Below, piece by piece: positions 61,188 to 64,000 of a stretch of DNA of 64,000 nt (positions within the stretch are counted from its first letter, which is position 1; every line of letters starts with the position of its first letter). The stretch is from an uncultured Gemmatimonadales bacterium (GTDB lineage: Bacteria > Gemmatimonadota > Gemmatimonadetes > Gemmatimonadales > GWC2-71-9): the NCBI GenBank assembly GCA_963730185.1, contig CAVSQW010000005.1, positions 101,777-165,776 of the forward strand, given 5' to 3'. The notes beneath the pieces were generated by a model. The model saw only the letters and a program-made list of their open reading frames with translations. It made no database searches and had not been told where the DNA came from. The position numbers and the translations under genes are program-made.

Positions 61188-61910
61188 GTGATCACCATTA
61201 TCGGGGTCGATTGCGCCGTCCAGCCAGCGAAGACTGGTCTGGCGCTCGCCCAGTACGAAGGACCCAGACTCACCGTCACCGAGACCAAGATCGGATCGAA
61301 GCGCGAGCAGCCCGAGGACATCATCAGTCAGTGGCTCTCGGGGGTCGACAGCGCCCTGATCTGCCTGGACGCCCCACTCGGATGGCCTGATCCGCTGAAG
61401 GTCGCCTTGAAGGACCACGAGGCAGGCCTGGCGATCGAGGCACCAGCGAATGAGCTGTTCCGGCGCCGGACCGACGACTTCATCGCCACTCGTCTCGGGA
61501 AGCGCCCCCTCGACGTCGGCGCCGATCGAATCGCGCGAACAGCGTGGGCGGCCGTCCACCTGCTTGGCGAAGTACGACGAATACTGGGACAGCCTGTACC
61601 ACTGGCCTGGACGCCAGGGCCCGTTCAGGGTATTCAGGCCATCGAGGTCTACCCCGCCGCCACCCGCCGGTCGCTCGGCGTTCCAGACGGCAGCGGCTCG
61701 CTCGCGGGGCTCGAAGGCCTGATCCCGTTCGCCCCCGGCGTTCCAGAGCCCAGTTCAGAGCACGCCCGGGATGCAGTGGTCTGCGCTCTGGCAGGGTTCC
61801 ATTTTCTCGAGGGGCAGGTCCTGGCGCCGACCGAAGATCAAGAGCAGCGGGCCCGACGCGAGGGCTGGATCTGGTCCCACTCACCTACACGTCAATCGAA
61901 CCAACCATGA
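61188..61910 (+). CDS. DUF429 predicted RNase H-fold nuclease
   Basis: IIGVD, LDAPLGWP, RRTD, IEVYPAA and DAVVCAL motifs. Confidence 0.85.
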   Translation: MITIIGVDCAVQPAKTGLALAQYEGPRLTVTETKIGSKREQPEDIISQWLSGVDSALICLDAPLGWPDPLKVALKDHEAGLAIEAPANELFRRRTDDFIATRLGKRPLDVGADRIARTAWAAVHLLGEVRRILGQPVPLAWTPGPVQGIQAIEVYPAATRRSLGVPDGSGSLAGLEGLIPFAPGVPEPSSEHARDAVVCALAGFHFLEGQVLAPTEDQEQRARREGWIWSHSPTRQSNQP

Positions 61911-62588
61911 AACGAATCCTCACACCGACAAGATCATCCGCCGACTGGAAGCCCCTCCTGGCGCAGCCCGACCTCCACTGGAAGGAAGGCCGCTCGGCTA
62001 TGTCGGCGGCGCTGTCCTGGGACCGCGCGGACGATCTCCCCGCCGAGGAGCGCTCCGCCCTCCAGACGGGGCCGAGGGACCTCCGCGGCCTCGAGCTTCT
62101 CTTGGCAATCCCGGAGTAGGAGGTGGAACTGCCTGGTGGCAAGACCGCGCCTCACACTGACGTACTGGCCCTCGCAAGGAACGACGCCAGCCTGGTCGTC
62201 ATCGCGGTCGAAGCGAAGGCGGACGAGGTCTTTGGCCCGACCCTCGGCGAGAAGCGGAATGGCGCGTCGCCAGGGCAGAAGGAGCGCATCGACCACCTCC
62301 ACAACGTGCTCGGCCTGAAGGCCCCGTTGCCGGACGAGGTGCGCTACCAGCTGCTCCACCGAACGGCATCTGCCGTGCTGACGGCCGAAGCGTTCCACGC
62401 GCCGACGGCTGTGATAATGGTCCAGTCGTTCAGCCCGGAGGCGAGCTGGTTCGCCGACCTCGAGGCGTTCGGCTCGGCGCTCGGCGCGCCCGTCAAGCTC
62501 GGGGCGGTTGCGAAAGTCGGGAGCCTGGCCAAGTCCAACTCTCTACCTGGGCTGGTGCGTCAGCCCCGTTCCGCGCGAGTCCGACTAG
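61907..62588 (+). pseudogene. DUF6946-like PD-(D/E)XK protein, in-frame TAG at 62117-62119 and frameshift near 62535 (real lesion or assembly error)
   Basis: HWKEGRSAM, PE*EVELPGG, TD...IAVEAK, RYQLLHRTASA and LYLGW; ATGA overlap with DUF429. Confidence 0.7.
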
Positions 62589-62635
62589 CTCGGCGCAACA
62601 GCTTTCCACCCCCACGGCCTTCTCCAGCAGGGGAC

Positions 62636-64000
62636 ATGGATCTCGACTCCGTAACCGAACGGCTCATCGCCCTCGCGAAGCAAGGGTACCCCAACTGGAC
62701 CGGCTTTGACGATCCGCGATTCGTCAGAGACGAAATTGGGTACAAACGAGAGGCCTCAGCCAAAGCACGCGAAAGTCTCTCAGCCGACCTGTTCCAGGAG
62801 CTGATCGGCAAAGAGGCATTCACCGAGCTGCTGGACCGGGTCCGAAAGGCCGCGAGCAGCACGAACCTGCTCTACCTGGCGACACCCTCGACCGGGGACC
62901 TCGCGATCCTCTATCAGGCGAAGGACCAGCGGTCGCTCTGCCTGGCCTTGCAGGACCTCCTGCACGGGCCGGGCGGACCCGGCCGAGCGGCTGGATCGGT
63001 TCAGCGCGTATGCGGAGAAGGAGGGGCTCCCCAACAAGTGGACTCTCCCGACCGTCCTGCTCTTCCTCCTGGCGCCCGAGGAGAACTTCTTCATCAAGCC
63101 TTCGGCCGTACAGTGGCTGCTCAGACTCGGCGGGGAGTGGGACCGATGGGAGCCCAAGCCATCGGGCCAGCTCTATCGCTACTTCATCGAGCTGGCCACC
63201 GGCGTTCGCGATCGCGCCGCACAGTACGGCGCCCGCGACCTGCTAGACGCGCAGAGCCTGATCTGGGTGGGCCGCTGGGTGTCGAGGACGGAGGCGTACC
63301 CAGGTGGGACCAATTCACCACCTTGCTCGAACAGTGTGAGACCGAGTACTTCAAACAGCCCACCGGCGAGAAGCATCTCGCCATGCTACCATCCGTCGCG
63401 GGAGCCGGTCCGCGGATATCTCGAAGACTCGTTCGGAAACGTGCGGCCGGCGAGGACGTCACGGACGACGTCCTGCTCCAACGCTCCCGCACCTCAATTC
63501 CACCAACAACCGTGAGCGGGGCGCCTGGATCGCGGTGCAGCCCGCCGTCACCAAGGACATCAAGAGTTGGTTCGAAGGGCGCCGGGTGGAGGAAGCCCGG
63601 GGACTGGCCCGCGGTGGCCAAGGGACTGCTCGACTTCTACATCGAGTGCGATCGCGACCCCTCAGCGTTGGGGACCGCCTGCAAAACCTTCAACGACTCG
63701 CCCTACTCGAAGGGCCTTCAGACCGGCATCGTCGCCCGTTCCTGGCCGCGCTCCGTCCGGGCGACTACGCCGTCATCAACAACAAGTCCCGGCGGGTCGT
63801 GAACTATTTCATGGAGGGAGCGTTCAAGGCGTCGCTGGCGGATTACCCCGGCGCGAATGCCGCGGCACAGCGGCTGATCGATGCGCTCCCGGCCGAGCTC
63901 TTGGAGTGCTGCCGGCCGGAGGCCATCAGAGCGACCTGCTCGACGCGTTCTCGCACTGGCTGGTGGCAGTGGTCAAGTACGACTTCGGCAGCCGGCGGTA
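62636..64000 (+). CDS. large protein with two N-terminal domains resembling those of McrB-like AAA+ restriction GTPases; multiply frameshifted, runs off the window
   Basis: DEIGYK, NKWTLPT.LLFL, FIKP and DLLDAQSLIW; then TKDIKSWFEGAGW, SKGLQTG, INNKS and FSHWLVAV; AAA domain not inside window. Confidence 0.5.

Noticed and set aside
62117..62119. In-frame TAG as pyrrolysine or programmed readthrough
   Set aside because: Lies in an error-dense region, the same gene also has a frameshift, and TAG is a normal stop elsewhere in the window

Overview
High-GC bacterial window. Gene content (SusC/SusD-like pair, ADOP-type permease, VPS10/BNR and M14 secreted enzymes, several DinB proteins, ECF-kinase locus) suggests Gemmatimonadota; this is inference. 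1-31.5 kb and 37.5-50.2 kb hold housekeeping and envelope genes: panC with a PanG-like partner, a B12 radical SAM, PilT, serine hydrolases, CapA and a PQQ dehydrogenase. The most striking region is 31.7-37.5 kb: an ECF43-like sigma factor, a membrane Ser/Thr kinase with a TPR-like tail, and two tiny lipoprotein-like peptide genes. A shared TGTC-N19-CGCTCT motif lies upstream of both peptides and the kinase. The unit is a tandem duplication with reciprocal gene loss, and only the peptide gene is intact in both copies. It is a candidate peptide-kinase-sigma autoinducing circuit. 50.2-64 kb is a toxin-antitoxin/defence island: two nucleotidyltransferase modules, Fic, Phd-VapC, HNH+NUDIX, a helicase remnant, TY-Chap, DUF429, DUF6946 and an McrB-like gene. 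Also seen: four copies of a ~120-bp hairpin element with a conserved core, and two DUF1640-like paralogues differing by exactly four 11-residue repeats. Many single-base frameshifts, denser toward the right end, probably reflect long-read assembly errors. No rRNA, tRNA, CRISPR array or transposase was recognised. All family calls come from motif recognition, not database searches.
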